From: Bacteroidales bacterium | Lineage (GTDB): Bacteria; Bacteroidota; Bacteroidia; Bacteroidales; PUMT01 | Assembly: GCA_007120695.1 (NCBI GenBank) | Contig: SKND01000199.1 | Span: 1-55,072 of the forward strand | Direction: 5' to 3' | Length of the DNA: 55,072 bases | Shown here: positions 19,440 to 29,518 of the stretch, piece after piece | Layout: every line of letters begins with the position of its first letter | How positions within the stretch are numbered: the first letter of the stretch is position 1 | Program-made: the position numbers and the translations under genes | The notes under the pieces: model-generated | Seen by the model: only the letters and a program-made list of their open reading frames with translations | Told to the model about the DNA's origin: nothing | Database searches by the model: none

Positions 19440-22400
19440 TCAGGGAATACAGATTCCGATCACCAGTATATCATCAACCTGTTCATGGGCTGCCTGCCAA
19501 CGGTCCAGCGTATTTTCTATCTCTTTCTTTTGTTCTGTCATAGACAATTCATGTATTCTTAAAAGCAGTTCTTTGAATGGCCTTATTTTGAACTTTTTCC
19601 CCTGAGGCCCTCCAAACTGGTCAACCAGTCCGTCGGAAAAGATATAGAATTTGTCGCCGGGCAATAACCCAAGCTCATATAATGTAAAGGAGTCTTTTTC
19701 CAGTACATGAATTCCTACCGGCATTTTATCCGGTTTGTATTCGATAAGTTTCCCTTTCCTGATGAGGTACATCGGGATATATGCCCCCGCATACTGGAGG
19801 TTTTTTCTGTCATCGTCAAACACACAAACAGCTATATCCATACCGTCGCTTGCCTCATCATCCCTGCCTGTTTGCGATAGTGTTGCCTTAATCTTCTGGC
19901 GCAGGGTATTAAGGATTTGATCGGGCCTTATTACACCTGCCACATTCACTATATCATTGAGAAGAGAAACACCCATCATGCTCATGAAAGCTCCCGGAAC
20001 ACCATGACCGGTACAATCTGATGCAACCACAACCACCTTGCCGTTTTTCCTGGTCATCCAGTAAAAATCGCCGCTTACAATATCACGCGGACGGAAAATA
20101 AGGAAATAGCTCCTGAGCAGATCCTCCACTGCCTCTTTCGGGGGCATTACCGCTGTCTGTATTCTGCGGGCGTATATTATAGAGTTTGTCATCTCTTCAT
20201 TTTGTTTAAAAATGTGGTCCCGCTGGGTTTCAATCTCTTTTTTCTGTGTAACTATCTCCCGATTGAATTTAGAAAGATTATCGCGGTGCTTCTCGAGAAT
20301 TTTTTTCTGGTTTTCAATAGTTTTTGTGCGTTGCCTGACCAGCTTCTCAAGCCGCTCTTTATCTTTCTTTAATTTTTGCTCTCTTAAAAGTAAAATTATC
20401 ACAAACAGAAGGACCACAGTTAATACCGATATGACCGGAAACCATCTTGTTTGCCAGAAGGGTGGTTTGATCTGATACGGGAGGTTGAGTGGTTCACTAA
20501 TAGTGCCAAGGATATCTTTTGCCCTGATGCTGATAATATATTCACCCGCTGGAAGATATGGAAGCTCCAGCACCGGATCACCGGTCCATTCCGACCATCT
20601 TCTGGTTAAACCCGTTATATAATACTGAAACATGACTGATCCCTCTTTAATATATGAGGGGGCACTTATGCTGATCCTCAAAGCATTGTTTGCATACTCC
20701 AGATTTATATTATCGGGAGTGATAAGGTTTCCGGAAAGTTCCCTGATATCTTTGAGGAATACACCGAATTGCCTTCCGGTTTCAATTCTGCTACCGGGGG
20801 TAATTCTGTAAAGTTGATCAAACCCGTTTACGGCGTATATATCTCCGTCTTCTGAAACATAAATACTGTTTAGGTTATCAAGCAGATTTAAATAATTTGT
20901 TCTGATGGGCGGGATTTCATGATCGGATGTAAATGAACCCCATTGTGCACCTGTTTTTATCCATGTATAGTCTTTCTGGTAGAAAAAGAGGGCTGATGAT
21001 TCTTCAAAAATAAAGTTACGGTCAGGGGTCAGCCGACCGGTTTCCGGATTAAACAAATAAACAGTATCTGCCGTAAAGGTTCTGATTTCACCGTCTATTT
21101 TTCTTGCCACGGGAGAGTTGAACCTTCTGCCCGGCAGGTAAATGGCATCATAACTATAATTGTTTTCATCCTGTCTTACAGACATGAACACGTCAAACTC
21201 TGTTGTGACCAATTTGCGACCCTGATCAATCTCAACTATACTAATTGCCCGGAAATTATTTTCCGGCAGTAGAGGTATGACAGACCATATTATTTCGTTT
21301 CGTGATGCAAGATATGCTCCGTCGTCGGCCCCGATAAGAAGTGAATTGCTGTTATATTCAGATTTTTCAAGAAAATGGATGTTTTTGCCTCTCAGTATGC
21401 TTGTGGCTGTTCCGTTTACTACCTGGAAAAGCCCAAGATTAGTGGCAACAAAAAGAGAGCCGTCCAGCACGGCAAACTGCTGAACCTTCCCCCGCACTCC
21501 GGGAATCTGCTTATATGTATATGTAATTGACTGAAGCTGCTGAATTGTTCTGATTATTGGTTCCTGCTCCTGTACCTCCTGTACTTCCTGTATCTCCTGT
21601 ATTTCAGAAATTTGTAGTTCATCCTGATCAACTGTCTCAATCTCATCATCCCTTCCTGTAATCCGGTTAAAAAGCCTGGAAATAAATCCACTTCTCTTCT
21701 CTTCAGGCCCTTCCTGCGGATCCTCAGGTTCTTCCTGCAGGTATTCAGGCCTTTCCTGCGGATCCTCAGGTTCTTCCTGCAGGCCTTCAGGTTCTCCCTG
21801 CGGCTCTTTTTGCTCTTGCTGATCAATTGTCTTTTCATCAACATAAATCTCTTCCTGCTCACGGACCGGATCCGGAGCGGGTTCTCCAGGCAGGATTTGT
21901 GGCTCATCGATTACCTCTGTTAGCCTGTAATCACGCTCTTCACCAAGATAAAACAGGCCCTCACTGGTGCCGGCATAAATTATGTCGTCGTGAAAAACAG
22001 ATATATGCAGGTTACCCCTCAGTCCGGGATATTCTGAAAATGACCTGACTGGGAGCGCAAGATCTGCCCTTGTAATCCCCATGCCATGTGCTATCCATAA
22101 ACCACCCTCGTTGTCTGTTCCCATAGAGCTTATCTCATCATCAGGAAGGCCGTTATAGTAATTAAGCATATTTACCTCCCTTGGGCCGGAAGGATTTATT
22201 ATCATACATCCACCATTTACTGTAGAAAGGACAAATTCTTCCGGACTGACTGAAATACCACCGTTAAGCAGATTTTCCCTGAAGAAATTTTCCCGGGGAA
22301 GCGGGAATTGTGCCAGGTTTTGACCGGAATAACTATACAGTTTATTGGCTGAAGATCCAAAAAATTGTCTGCCTCCATGATTGAAAGAAAAAGTAAAATC

Positions 22401-22997
22401 TTCTCCGGGCGTAAGGGTTGCTATCATTTCCGGCTCCCCTGCGGGGTTATACAAAAAGATGCCGGTATAATTATTCACATAGAACATTTGTCCTCCCAGA
22501 ACAAAGAAGTCCGACATATGAATATCCGGATCGGTATGGCTTACAAGAGTATCAACAGATGTTCCATTATGCATGCTTACCAGGCAGACGACATGCGGTG
22601 ATACGGCAATAACCCCTTCATCTGTTTTAATAAGTTTATAATAATCGCCTTCTGAAGGTGATTTAAGTATTAGTTCTTGTTCGTATGTGCCTTTTTCATT
22701 CTGTATAAAATAACCCACTCCATCTTCTGTGCTATAATATAATCTGTTGTTGTATGCGATAGAAACAGGCCTTCCCGTCAGACCCATATTTTGCCATTGC
22801 AGCCCATCGAATACATAAATCCCATTCCGGTTATGAATGTACATCTGCCCGTTCACATCCTGCACAAATCCCAGATTTGTGTTACTGACCCTGTCAGGCA
22901 GGTTAAAATGGATGAGAAATGGGTTTCCTTCGCGTGACCAGGCCGGAGTAGACACCATTACAGCAATAAATATTATCAGGTATGGCAGACTCTTCAT
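19440..22997 (-). CDS. Membrane-anchored sensor phosphatase: beta-propeller + Y_Y_Y + TM + coiled coil + SpoIIE/PP2C domain
   Basis: Signal peptide from MKSLPYLII (ATG 22997). GLPDDEI...GGLWIA propeller repeats, YLPAGEY Y_Y_Y domain, PPFWQTRWF TM, IVSGDFYW, DCTGHGVPGAFMS, DGMD, FSDG..DQFGG, QVDD. Confidence 0.9.
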   Translation of the reverse strand: MKSLPYLIIFIAVMVSTPAWSREGNPFLIHFNLPDRVSNTNLGFVQDVNGQMYIHNRNGIYVFDGLQWQNMGLTGRPVSIAYNNRLYYSTEDGVGYFIQNEKGTYEQELILKSPSEGDYYKLIKTDEGVIAVSPHVVCLVSMHNGTSVDTLVSHTDPDIHMSDFFVLGGQMFYVNNYTGIFLYNPAGEPEMIATLTPGEDFTFSFNHGGRQFFGSSANKLYSYSGQNLAQFPLPRENFFRENLLNGGISVSPEEFVLSTVNGGCMIINPSGPREVNMLNYYNGLPDDEISSMGTDNEGGLWIAHGMGITRADLALPVRSFSEYPGLRGNLHISVFHDDIIYAGTSEGLFYLGEERDYRLTEVIDEPQILPGEPAPDPVREQEEIYVDEKTIDQQEQKEPQGEPEGLQEEPEDPQERPEYLQEEPEDPQEGPEEKRSGFISRLFNRITGRDDEIETVDQDELQISEIQEIQEVQEVQEQEPIIRTIQQLQSITYTYKQIPGVRGKVQQFAVLDGSLFVATNLGLFQVVNGTATSILRGKNIHFLEKSEYNSNSLLIGADDGAYLASRNEIIWSVIPLLPENNFRAISIVEIDQGRKLVTTEFDVFMSVRQDENNYSYDAIYLPGRRFNSPVARKIDGEIRTFTADTVYLFNPETGRLTPDRNFIFEESSALFFYQKDYTWIKTGAQWGSFTSDHEIPPIRTNYLNLLDNLNSIYVSEDGDIYAVNGFDQLYRITPGSRIETGRQFGVFLKDIRELSGNLITPDNINLEYANNALRISISAPSYIKEGSVMFQYYITGLTRRWSEWTGDPVLELPYLPAGEYIISIRAKDILGTISEPLNLPYQIKPPFWQTRWFPVISVLTVVLLFVIILLLREQKLKKDKERLEKLVRQRTKTIENQKKILEKHRDNLSKFNREIVTQKKEIETQRDHIFKQNEEMTNSIIYARRIQTAVMPPKEAVEDLLRSYFLIFRPRDIVSGDFYWMTRKNGKVVVVASDCTGHGVPGAFMSMMGVSLLNDIVNVAGVIRPDQILNTLRQKIKATLSQTGRDDEASDGMDIAVCVFDDDRKNLQYAGAYIPMYLIRKGKLIEYKPDKMPVGIHVLEKDSFTLYELGLLPGDKFYIFSDGLVDQFGGPQGKKFKIRPFKELLLRIHELSMTEQKKEIENTLDRWQAAHEQVDDILVIGICIP
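21702..21783 (-). repeat. In-frame 42-bp tandem duplication inside an acidic insertion
   Basis: ttcaggcc(c/t)ttcctgcggatcctcaggttcttcctgcagg at 21702 and 21744, encoding LQEEPEDPQE(R/G)PE twice. Confidence 0.9.
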
Positions 22998-23038
22998 CCC
23001 GGAAACTTTCAAAGTTGCTGTTTGTCTTTTATAAAGTA

Positions 23039-23046
23039 CAAATATA
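23039..23046 (-). promoter_or_regulatory. Bacteroidota -7 box TATATTTG for the SpoIIE sensor gene
   Basis: The + strand caaatata reads TATATTTG on the - strand, about 40 nt upstream of ATG 22997. This supports the shorter start. Confidence 0.55.
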
Positions 23047-23080
23047 ATAAGGATCAATCGGGGATCTGCCCCGGAGTAGT

Positions 23081-23791
23081 TCATTGTTGGTTATCCGGAT
23101 CTGCATTGCAGTGCTCTACGAGCTTGTCTGTTGCTTCAGCCATTCCCAGGTCACCTGCCCTTCTCCAGTCTGAGCATGCATTTTCCAGCTGGCCCAGTTT
23201 GTGCAGCGATTTTCCGCGCCTGAAATAGCACTGTGCAATACCCGGGTCTATCTCAAGAACCCTGCTGTAATCTTCTGCGGCCCCTGCATAATCGCCCAGT
23301 GCGTCTTTGGCAATGCCCCTGTTATAAAACGTTGATATTTTGTCATTTTCATTGTCGAGGGCGAGGGTGTAATCTTCAACAGCTTCCTGGTATTCGCCCA
23401 GCGCATAACGGGCAAGTGCCCTGTTGTAATAGGTAATTGCCAGATCCTGATCAGGCCCGGATGAGGTTCCTGATTCTATAACATTGCCTCGTCTGTCGGT
23501 TATTGTAAGTTTTACTCCCCCTGTTGCGCGGGTAGCTATTTCTATTGCAGTGGTGTAATCCCGTACTGCACTTTCGAAATCCTCGAGGTTATAGTGTGAC
23601 GAGCCTCTAAGGACATAGGCTGACATATGGTCGGGATTGATCTCTATTGCCTTTGAAAGATCGGCCATAGCTCCATTGTAATTACCCATATTAAATTTTA
23701 CCAGTGCAATATTATAATACTGAAAATCAGTCTGGGCATGAATATTGAGGGATAAAGCGGTAACGGACATTATAAAAACGAGAACTTTCAT
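23081..23791 (-). CDS. Secreted tetratricopeptide repeat protein
   Basis: Signal peptide. Repeated AYxxRG/YYNRA...A..DY..A TPR units. Ends ACSDWRRAGDLG. Confidence 0.85.
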   Translation of the reverse strand: MKVLVFIMSVTALSLNIHAQTDFQYYNIALVKFNMGNYNGAMADLSKAIEINPDHMSAYVLRGSSHYNLEDFESAVRDYTTAIEIATRATGGVKLTITDRRGNVIESGTSSGPDQDLAITYYNRALARYALGEYQEAVEDYTLALDNENDKISTFYNRGIAKDALGDYAGAAEDYSRVLEIDPGIAQCYFRRGKSLHKLGQLENACSDWRRAGDLGMAEATDKLVEHCNADPDNQQ

Positions 23792-23960
23792 GGCAGTTGT
23801 TTTACAGATTAATCAAACAAAATAGTTGTTTTTAAATACAAAAAAAAGTTTGACCTTTGTCCTGAATGCAACAATGCTTAAACTGGCCGTAAAAAGATAT
23901 TAACAATAATAACAATTTGAACCGGCATAATGTTATAACGATATTCAAATTAAATTTAAT

Positions 23961-24779
23961 ATGAAGTTTATTAAGATTATATTTTCAATTGCTATTATTG
24001 CCTTTTCAGGGTGTTCAATGCCCGTAGCACTGGTGGTGCCCAGGCAGGAACCTCCGGTAACAAAGGGGAAGTTTGCGGCGGGAATGCAGGAGAGTATGCA
24101 GCATGATGAGCGCAGCGGGTTTTATTATGACTTTGGATATGACAGGGCCAACCTTTACCTGAACCTTGCAGTCGGCGATCCCGAAGTTATAATGAAGATT
24201 GCATACTTTGGATTTACGGTATGGATTGACAGGACGGGAGGTAAGAATCAGGATCAGGGTTTCAGGTTTCCTACAGGGATCAGGACACGGCAAAATCAAA
24301 CAGTAGGTCAGGGAGGACTGGCTGTTGCAGCCGGTTTACGCGGAGGTGATGTGAGCAATCTTATTGAAATATCCGAAGAGATTGACCTGATAGGTATCTA
24401 CGGCACTTCGGTCAGAAGAGTTAAGATGAGGGACAGCAGGATCAGGGTAATAGCAGAGGTTGCTGATGATGTCCTGTTTTACAGGGCGGTTATTCCTTAT
24501 GAAGTGCTGGGATTCGGGTATGACCCCCTGTCAGCAAGGTCAGTTATAAACATTGGCCTGGAGACGGGACATTTTGAGCCGCCGTCAGCTTCTGAAATGC
24601 GACGGCAGCGAACCACGTCGGGTGACATGGTGGGACGCCCCGGAGGAATGACAGGCCAGTATCCGGGACAGTATCCCGGCAGGATGCCGGACCGTGGTAT
24701 GCTGGAGCAGCGCTCGTCTGAAATAAACAGGCTGTCAAGACCGACGAGGTTGTGGCTGGCCCTTGAATTTGAAAGGTAA
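23961..24779 (+). CDS. Hypothetical lipoprotein
   Basis: Lipobox FSGC. GFTVWID...GFRFP motif. G/P/M-rich low-complexity segment near the C-terminus (GQYPGQYPG). Confidence 0.7.
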   Translation: MKFIKIIFSIAIIAFSGCSMPVALVVPRQEPPVTKGKFAAGMQESMQHDERSGFYYDFGYDRANLYLNLAVGDPEVIMKIAYFGFTVWIDRTGGKNQDQGFRFPTGIRTRQNQTVGQGGLAVAAGLRGGDVSNLIEISEEIDLIGIYGTSVRRVKMRDSRIRVIAEVADDVLFYRAVIPYEVLGFGYDPLSARSVINIGLETGHFEPPSASEMRRQRTTSGDMVGRPGGMTGQYPGQYPGRMPDRGMLEQRSSEINRLSRPTRLWLALEFER

Positions 24780-24805
24780 ACCGGTTAACTTTAAACAATA
24801 CTATC

Positions 24806-25621
24806 ATGTTCAGAATTTATTTACTAATTCCGTTAATTTTTTTGACATACTGTACTTCACCCTTGCCAGAAACTATGATCGTAGCACACAGGGGGGCTTC
24901 ATATGATGCACCCGAAAATACCATACCGGCATTTTTGCTTGCCTGGGAGCAGGGAGCTGATGCTATTGAGGGAGATTTCTTTCTTACTGCCGACGGGGAG
25001 ATTGTATGCATACATGATCCTCGTACATCAAGGGTTTCAGATACTGATACCGAGGTAGCAAATGCAACACTTGAAGAATTGAGGCAGCTGGATGTAGGAT
25101 CATGGAAAGGTCAGGAGTGGGCCGGCACAGGCATACCGACACTTGGGGAAGTATTTGAGATTGTTCCTGCCGGAAAAAAGATTTTTGTTGAGATTAAGTC
25201 GGGGACAGAGATATTGCCGGTATTGTATGAGGAGCTTGACAGATCGGGATTAAGGAATGAGCAGATAGTCATAATTTCATTCAACGCCGATGTGATAGAG
25301 GGAGTGAAGTCGGCCAGGCCCGAACATAATGCATACTGGTTGTCGGGCCTCAGCCAGGATGATTATGGCAATGTCGTTCCGGATGTGAAGACCGTAATTG
25401 AAACATTGGACAGGACCGGGGCAGATGGTTTTTCTTCGCATCACGGATTGGTAACTGCCGGATATATTGAGCAAATAAAAGATGCCGGCTATGAATATCA
25501 CGTCTGGACGGTTAATGATCCTGAAAGGGCATGGGAACTGAAGCAGCATGGTGCCTTATCAATCACAACTGATATTCCCGGCCGGGTAAGGGAGTATTTT
25601 CTTACACAGAAATCAAAATAA
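24806..25621 (+). CDS. Glycerophosphodiester phosphodiesterase
   Basis: AHRGAS..APENT, IEGD, HD, EIKS, ISF, WTVND, ITTD. Confidence 0.9.
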   Translation: MFRIYLLIPLIFLTYCTSPLPETMIVAHRGASYDAPENTIPAFLLAWEQGADAIEGDFFLTADGEIVCIHDPRTSRVSDTDTEVANATLEELRQLDVGSWKGQEWAGTGIPTLGEVFEIVPAGKKIFVEIKSGTEILPVLYEELDRSGLRNEQIVIISFNADVIEGVKSARPEHNAYWLSGLSQDDYGNVVPDVKTVIETLDRTGADGFSSHHGLVTAGYIEQIKDAGYEYHVWTVNDPERAWELKQHGALSITTDIPGRVREYFLTQKSK

Positions 25622-25698
25622 CACCAGGAGTCCCGGTTTTATTGATTTGACTTTGCTTGCATCTAATCATGGAGAGATGTTAATATGTTTTAATTCCT

Positions 25699-25706
25699 TA
25701 TCTTTG
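25699..25706 (+). promoter_or_regulatory. Bacteroidota -7 box TATCTTTG
   Basis: Exact TAnnTTTG match just upstream of the methyltransferase start. Confidence 0.55.
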
Positions 25707-25719
25707 TCCCCTAAAGAGA

Positions 25720-26355
25720 ATGATTACGATGGAAAACGAAGCAGTAAAAATCCGTTACTCGAAACTGGCAGATGATGCCTGCTGTTTATCGTGCGGAGGA
25801 GCGCTGGAGAAGAGCAGCGCATCGCCCGGGGAGGTGTGTATTGATCTTGGAAGCGGTCGCGGAACAGATGTATTGAGACTGGCCGGTATAGTTGGATCAG
25901 AAGGGTTTGTATATGGTGTTGATGTAACGCCAGGGATGATCAGAAAAGGCAAATCTGCCGCTGAAAAGCTTGGTATTGACAATGCGGAGTTCCTGCAGTC
26001 GGAACTTACAGAGATACCACTCGAAAGTGAGACGGCAGATCTTGTAATTTCTAATTGTGTTATAAACCATGTTAGCCGCAAGGACCTGGTCTGGCAGGAG
26101 ATTTTCCGCCTCCTTAAAACCGGCGGGCGCTTTGTGGTTAGTGATATTTATTCGGTTAATCCGGTGTCTGATCAGTATAGCTCTGATCCGGAGGCCATTG
26201 CAGAGTGCTGGGCCGGAGCTGTCACCAAAAATGAGTATCTGGCCGGGGTCCGGCAGGCCGGTTTTAAAGATGTTGTCATTCTAGAGGAGAGCAAACCGTA
26301 TAAAAAAGGAGAGATTGAGGTTTGCAGTATTACCCTTTCGGGGAACAAGAGGTAA
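25720..26355 (+). CDS. Class I SAM-dependent methyltransferase, ArsM-like (short form)
   Basis: CCLSCGG, DLGSGRGTD, GVD.TPGM, DLVISNCVINH, GGRFVVSD, ECWAGA. The start may be ATG 25729. Confidence 0.8.
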   Translation: MITMENEAVKIRYSKLADDACCLSCGGALEKSSASPGEVCIDLGSGRGTDVLRLAGIVGSEGFVYGVDVTPGMIRKGKSAAEKLGIDNAEFLQSELTEIPLESETADLVISNCVINHVSRKDLVWQEIFRLLKTGGRFVVSDIYSVNPVSDQYSSDPEAIAECWAGAVTKNEYLAGVRQAGFKDVVILEESKPYKKGEIEVCSITLSGNKR

Positions 26356-26438
26356 ATGGAGATTAATTAGAGTACTTCAATAAAGTCAGTGTCTGAATCA
26401 AAATGGACAGACTAGTTAACCAATTCAAAAATTATACT

Positions 26439-26855
26439 ATGAAACAACTGGGTGTTTTAATGCTGTTTTTATCAGTGCTTGTTATAGTTTCGTGCGACAA
26501 GGATGAAGACGAGGTGTCAGACAGGTTCAGGTTTCTTACAAGCGTTGATTGGGAATCCGACAGCCTGCTTGTGAACGGGATGGAAGCAGGCGGCGATGGC
26601 CAGATGCTTGAAAACTTCAGGGGTACTGCCAGGTTTAACGAAGACGGAACAGGAAGTTTTGGAGGGATTACCGGCACGTGGGCGTTCTCACAGGATGAGA
26701 CCGAACTTATAATAAATACTGAAGAGTTGCCATTTGCCCTGACAACAAAAATTATTGAGCTGACTGCCTCATCACTCAAGGTCACGGCAAATTTTCCGAA
26801 CCCCTTAAATCCGGTAGATCAGCTTAAGATCAGAATGACATTCAAGGCACAATGA
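26439..26855 (+). CDS. Small lipoprotein (lipocalin-like), translationally coupled to the TonB receptor
   Basis: MKQLG...IVSC lipobox followed by the acidic DKDEDE. LTSVDW, FNEDGTG, GTW. The stop overlaps the next ATG (ATGA). Confidence 0.7.
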   Translation: MKQLGVLMLFLSVLVIVSCDKDEDEVSDRFRFLTSVDWESDSLLVNGMEAGGDGQMLENFRGTARFNEDGTGSFGGITGTWAFSQDETELIINTEELPFALTTKIIELTASSLKVTANFPNPLNPVDQLKIRMTFKAQ

Positions 26856-29104
26856 TACCCCGTGTTTTCCCGGCTTTATTGCTGTTTGTTGCACTTTCAG
26901 TCAGCGCAGCAGATGTGCCGGGAATCATAGAGGGGAGAATATACGACAGGGAAACCGGTGAACCCCTTCCGCATGCAACAGTATTGTATGGCCGGAACCT
27001 GGGAACAACATCCGGTATTGACGGATTTTTCCTGCTAAGTATTGAATCCGGGCATCACGTGCTTACATTCAGGTATGTAGGGTACAGGACCATTACCCGC
27101 GCGGTTTCTGTAGCGCCCGGAGATACTGTGCTGGTGCAAGTGGGACTGGAACTGGATGCCGCTGAGATTGACCAGGTAGTGGTAAGTGCCGGTAAGATCG
27201 AGCAGCGTGTGTCAGAATTGACGGTTTCATTACACATCATAAAACCTGAAGTAATATCATCCTCCCATATTACCGATGCCACCGAACTGCTGAACAAAAC
27301 ACCCGGAATCGAGGTGATGGACGGCCAGGCTTCAATAAGAGGCGGCAGTGGCTATAGTTATGGTGCCGGCAGCAGGGTGCTGGCCCTTATCGACGGACTA
27401 CCTGTGCTTTCGGCTGACGCCGGGAATATAAAATGGCACTTTCTTCCGCTTGAAAATATCTCACAGGTAGAGGTAATAAAAGGTGCATCATCGGTTCTGT
27501 ACGGATCATCTGCACTAAACGGGGTAATTAATTTCAGGACAGCCCGTCCGGGTACCGAACCTGTCACCAGGTTCTACATTGAATCAGGCATGTTTGACCG
27601 GCCCCGTAACGATGAGTGGGTCTGGTGGGACTCCCCGAGGACTTACTCGAGTACCTCACTATCTCATTTGCAGCGTTCAGGCAACACCGATCTGGGGGCA
27701 TCAATCCATATTATGAATGATAACGGATACCGCCGGTTGAATGATGAGCGTCTTGGCAGGGCCAATGTGCTCATAAGACATGATGACCGCAAGGTGGATG
27801 GGCTCTCATACGGCACAACAATAAATGCCGGGTTAACAAAGAAAAGGGACTTTATTCTCTGGGAAAATGCTTGGACAGGTGCACTGAAACAGGATGAGTC
27901 TGCTGCCATGCAGATGACGGGTAGTCTTGTTACCATCGATCCCTATATTACTTTTAAAGGAGAAGGCGGATCACAGCATGATCTGCGTACCCGGTTCCAG
28001 GCTTCTGACAACGGTTTTACTGATGCAGTGCATAATGACAGCAGGGCAATATCACTTTATGCAGAATACCAGTACCGGCAAAAAATTTCTGACAGGATTG
28101 ATGTAAATGCCGGATTGCTGGAGAACTACAGCCGCATTGCTTCCGCTTTTTACGGAGATCATGATGCCCTTAATCTTGCCGGTTATATACAGGCCGACCT
28201 TACACCGGTCAGAAGGCTAAGGATGGTGGCAGGCCTGCGACTGGAATATAATTCCCTGAACGGCGAAGGCGACAGGCCGGTAGCTCTTTTCAGGGCAGGG
28301 ATAAATTACAGGGTTATGGATTACACGTTTCTGAGAGCCTCATTTGGCCAGGGATACAGGTATCCTTCCATTGCCGAGAAGCATGCTGCAACCACCGTGG
28401 GTTCGGTGCGGATTGTGCCTAATCCCGGCATAGTGCCTGAGTCAGGATGGAGTTCGGAACTTGGGCTCAAACAGGGGATATCGACAGGCAGTATCCTGGG
28501 GCAGATTGATATTGCACTCTTCTATTCAGAAAACAGCGATATGATTGAATATCTGTTTGGCATCTATCCTGTTGCGGGAGAGGAATATAGTAGTTTTGGC
28601 TTTATGGCCTCGAATGTTGAACAATCAAGGGTGTACGGCACTGAGATCGAGTTTGCTCTTTCCGCCCCGGCCGGGCAATTCACAAACTCGGTTACCGGCG
28701 GATATGTGTTCATGTATCCTGTTGAATTCAACCCCGATTCCGGCAAAGATACGGGTACCTACCTTAAATACAGACGTAAACACTCTGCAAAAATCAATTT
28801 TACCACCAGATTCCGGCGGTTTGAAATGGGAATCAGCATGCAGGCAGCATCTCCGGTACTGAATATTGATAAAGTGTTTTTAAGCGAACTGACACGGGAA
28901 ACAATCCTGCCTGGATTCTATGACTACTGGAATAACTCGGACAGGGGTTATTTCCTGGTTGATCCGCATTTTGGTTATTCACTAAGTGACCGGATAAAAA
29001 TCTCATTTGCCGTCAAAAATGCATTCAACACCGAATACATGGGACGTCCGGGTGATATTATGCCTCACCGGAATTTCAGCCTGCGCCTTACCGGGATCTT
29101 CTGA
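26852..29104 (+). CDS. TonB-dependent outer membrane receptor with N-terminal CarboxypepD_reg-like domain
   Basis: IEGRIYDRETGEPLPHATV, VVVSA, SIRGG, ENISQVEVIKGASSVLYGSSALNGVIN (plug), and a C-terminal F. Confidence 0.9.
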   Translation: MIPRVFPALLLFVALSVSAADVPGIIEGRIYDRETGEPLPHATVLYGRNLGTTSGIDGFFLLSIESGHHVLTFRYVGYRTITRAVSVAPGDTVLVQVGLELDAAEIDQVVVSAGKIEQRVSELTVSLHIIKPEVISSSHITDATELLNKTPGIEVMDGQASIRGGSGYSYGAGSRVLALIDGLPVLSADAGNIKWHFLPLENISQVEVIKGASSVLYGSSALNGVINFRTARPGTEPVTRFYIESGMFDRPRNDEWVWWDSPRTYSSTSLSHLQRSGNTDLGASIHIMNDNGYRRLNDERLGRANVLIRHDDRKVDGLSYGTTINAGLTKKRDFILWENAWTGALKQDESAAMQMTGSLVTIDPYITFKGEGGSQHDLRTRFQASDNGFTDAVHNDSRAISLYAEYQYRQKISDRIDVNAGLLENYSRIASAFYGDHDALNLAGYIQADLTPVRRLRMVAGLRLEYNSLNGEGDRPVALFRAGINYRVMDYTFLRASFGQGYRYPSIAEKHAATTVGSVRIVPNPGIVPESGWSSELGLKQGISTGSILGQIDIALFYSENSDMIEYLFGIYPVAGEEYSSFGFMASNVEQSRVYGTEIEFALSAPAGQFTNSVTGGYVFMYPVEFNPDSGKDTGTYLKYRRKHSAKINFTTRFRRFEMGISMQAASPVLNIDKVFLSELTRETILPGFYDYWNNSDRGYFLVDPHFGYSLSDRIKISFAVKNAFNTEYMGRPGDIMPHRNFSLRLTGIF

Positions 29105-29330
29105 TCACCGCTGCTATTGGAATGAGATCATGTACTATTCTTCTTTAAAAAAGCACTCAAAATTTTGTTTAGAAAATACTAAATTGACTTACAGAAGGAA
29201 CCGCTTTGCTTTAACATAAGTCAGACATTTGGCTAACATTTCAAAAAGAACTAAATAATGCATGTGTAATCGATGAAGTCAATTTTTCTCATCTTAATTG
29301 TGTGCAATTTTACGCAGAAAAAATTTAATG

Positions 29331-29338
29331 TATATTTG
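29331..29338 (+). promoter_or_regulatory. Bacteroidota -7 box TATATTTG driving the peptide/rSAM locus
   Basis: Exact TAnnTTTG match 85 nt upstream of the peptide ATG at 29423. Confidence 0.6.
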
Positions 29339-29422
29339 TATTAATATTACCAGATTGAGCCGTGCTGATACTGGCGGTTTATGGTGGTAAAAATCAGAAA
29401 TTGTATTTATAAAATATAAAGT

Positions 29423-29518
29423 ATGAAGAGTTTGACTGTAAAGAAGAAAGAGGAGATAAAAGAACAGGCACAGTGCTGTGCCAAAAAATCAAAAATCGTG
29501 GCAGGCTGCCATGATTGA
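29423..29518 (+). CDS. Putative RiPP precursor peptide, 31 aa: MKSLTVKKKEEIKEQAQCCAKKSKIVAGCHD
   Basis: Hand-translated, below the ORF track cutoff. ATG follows an A/T-rich leader (aaaatataaagt). The N-terminus is Lys/Glu-rich and leader-like; the C-terminal half has CC and GCHD. It lies directly upstream of a SPASM rSAM on the same strand. Confidence 0.75.
   Translation: MKSLTVKKKEEIKEQAQCCAKKSKIVAGCHD

Noticed and set aside
22998-23084. N-terminal 29 codons of the 1214-aa ORF
   Set aside because: A TATATTTG promoter box lies inside this stretch and the signal peptide begins at Met30, so the start is placed at 22997.
23867-23891. Second ECF-type promoter TGCAAC-N15-CGTA upstream of the lipoprotein at 23961
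   Set aside because: The spacing is one base shorter than the better site at 39944-39971, and the match is short enough to be chance.
26356-26852. Cobalamin riboswitch / btuB assignment for the TonB receptor
   Set aside because: No B12-box or leader of adequate length is visible upstream. The substrate cannot be assigned from sequence alone.
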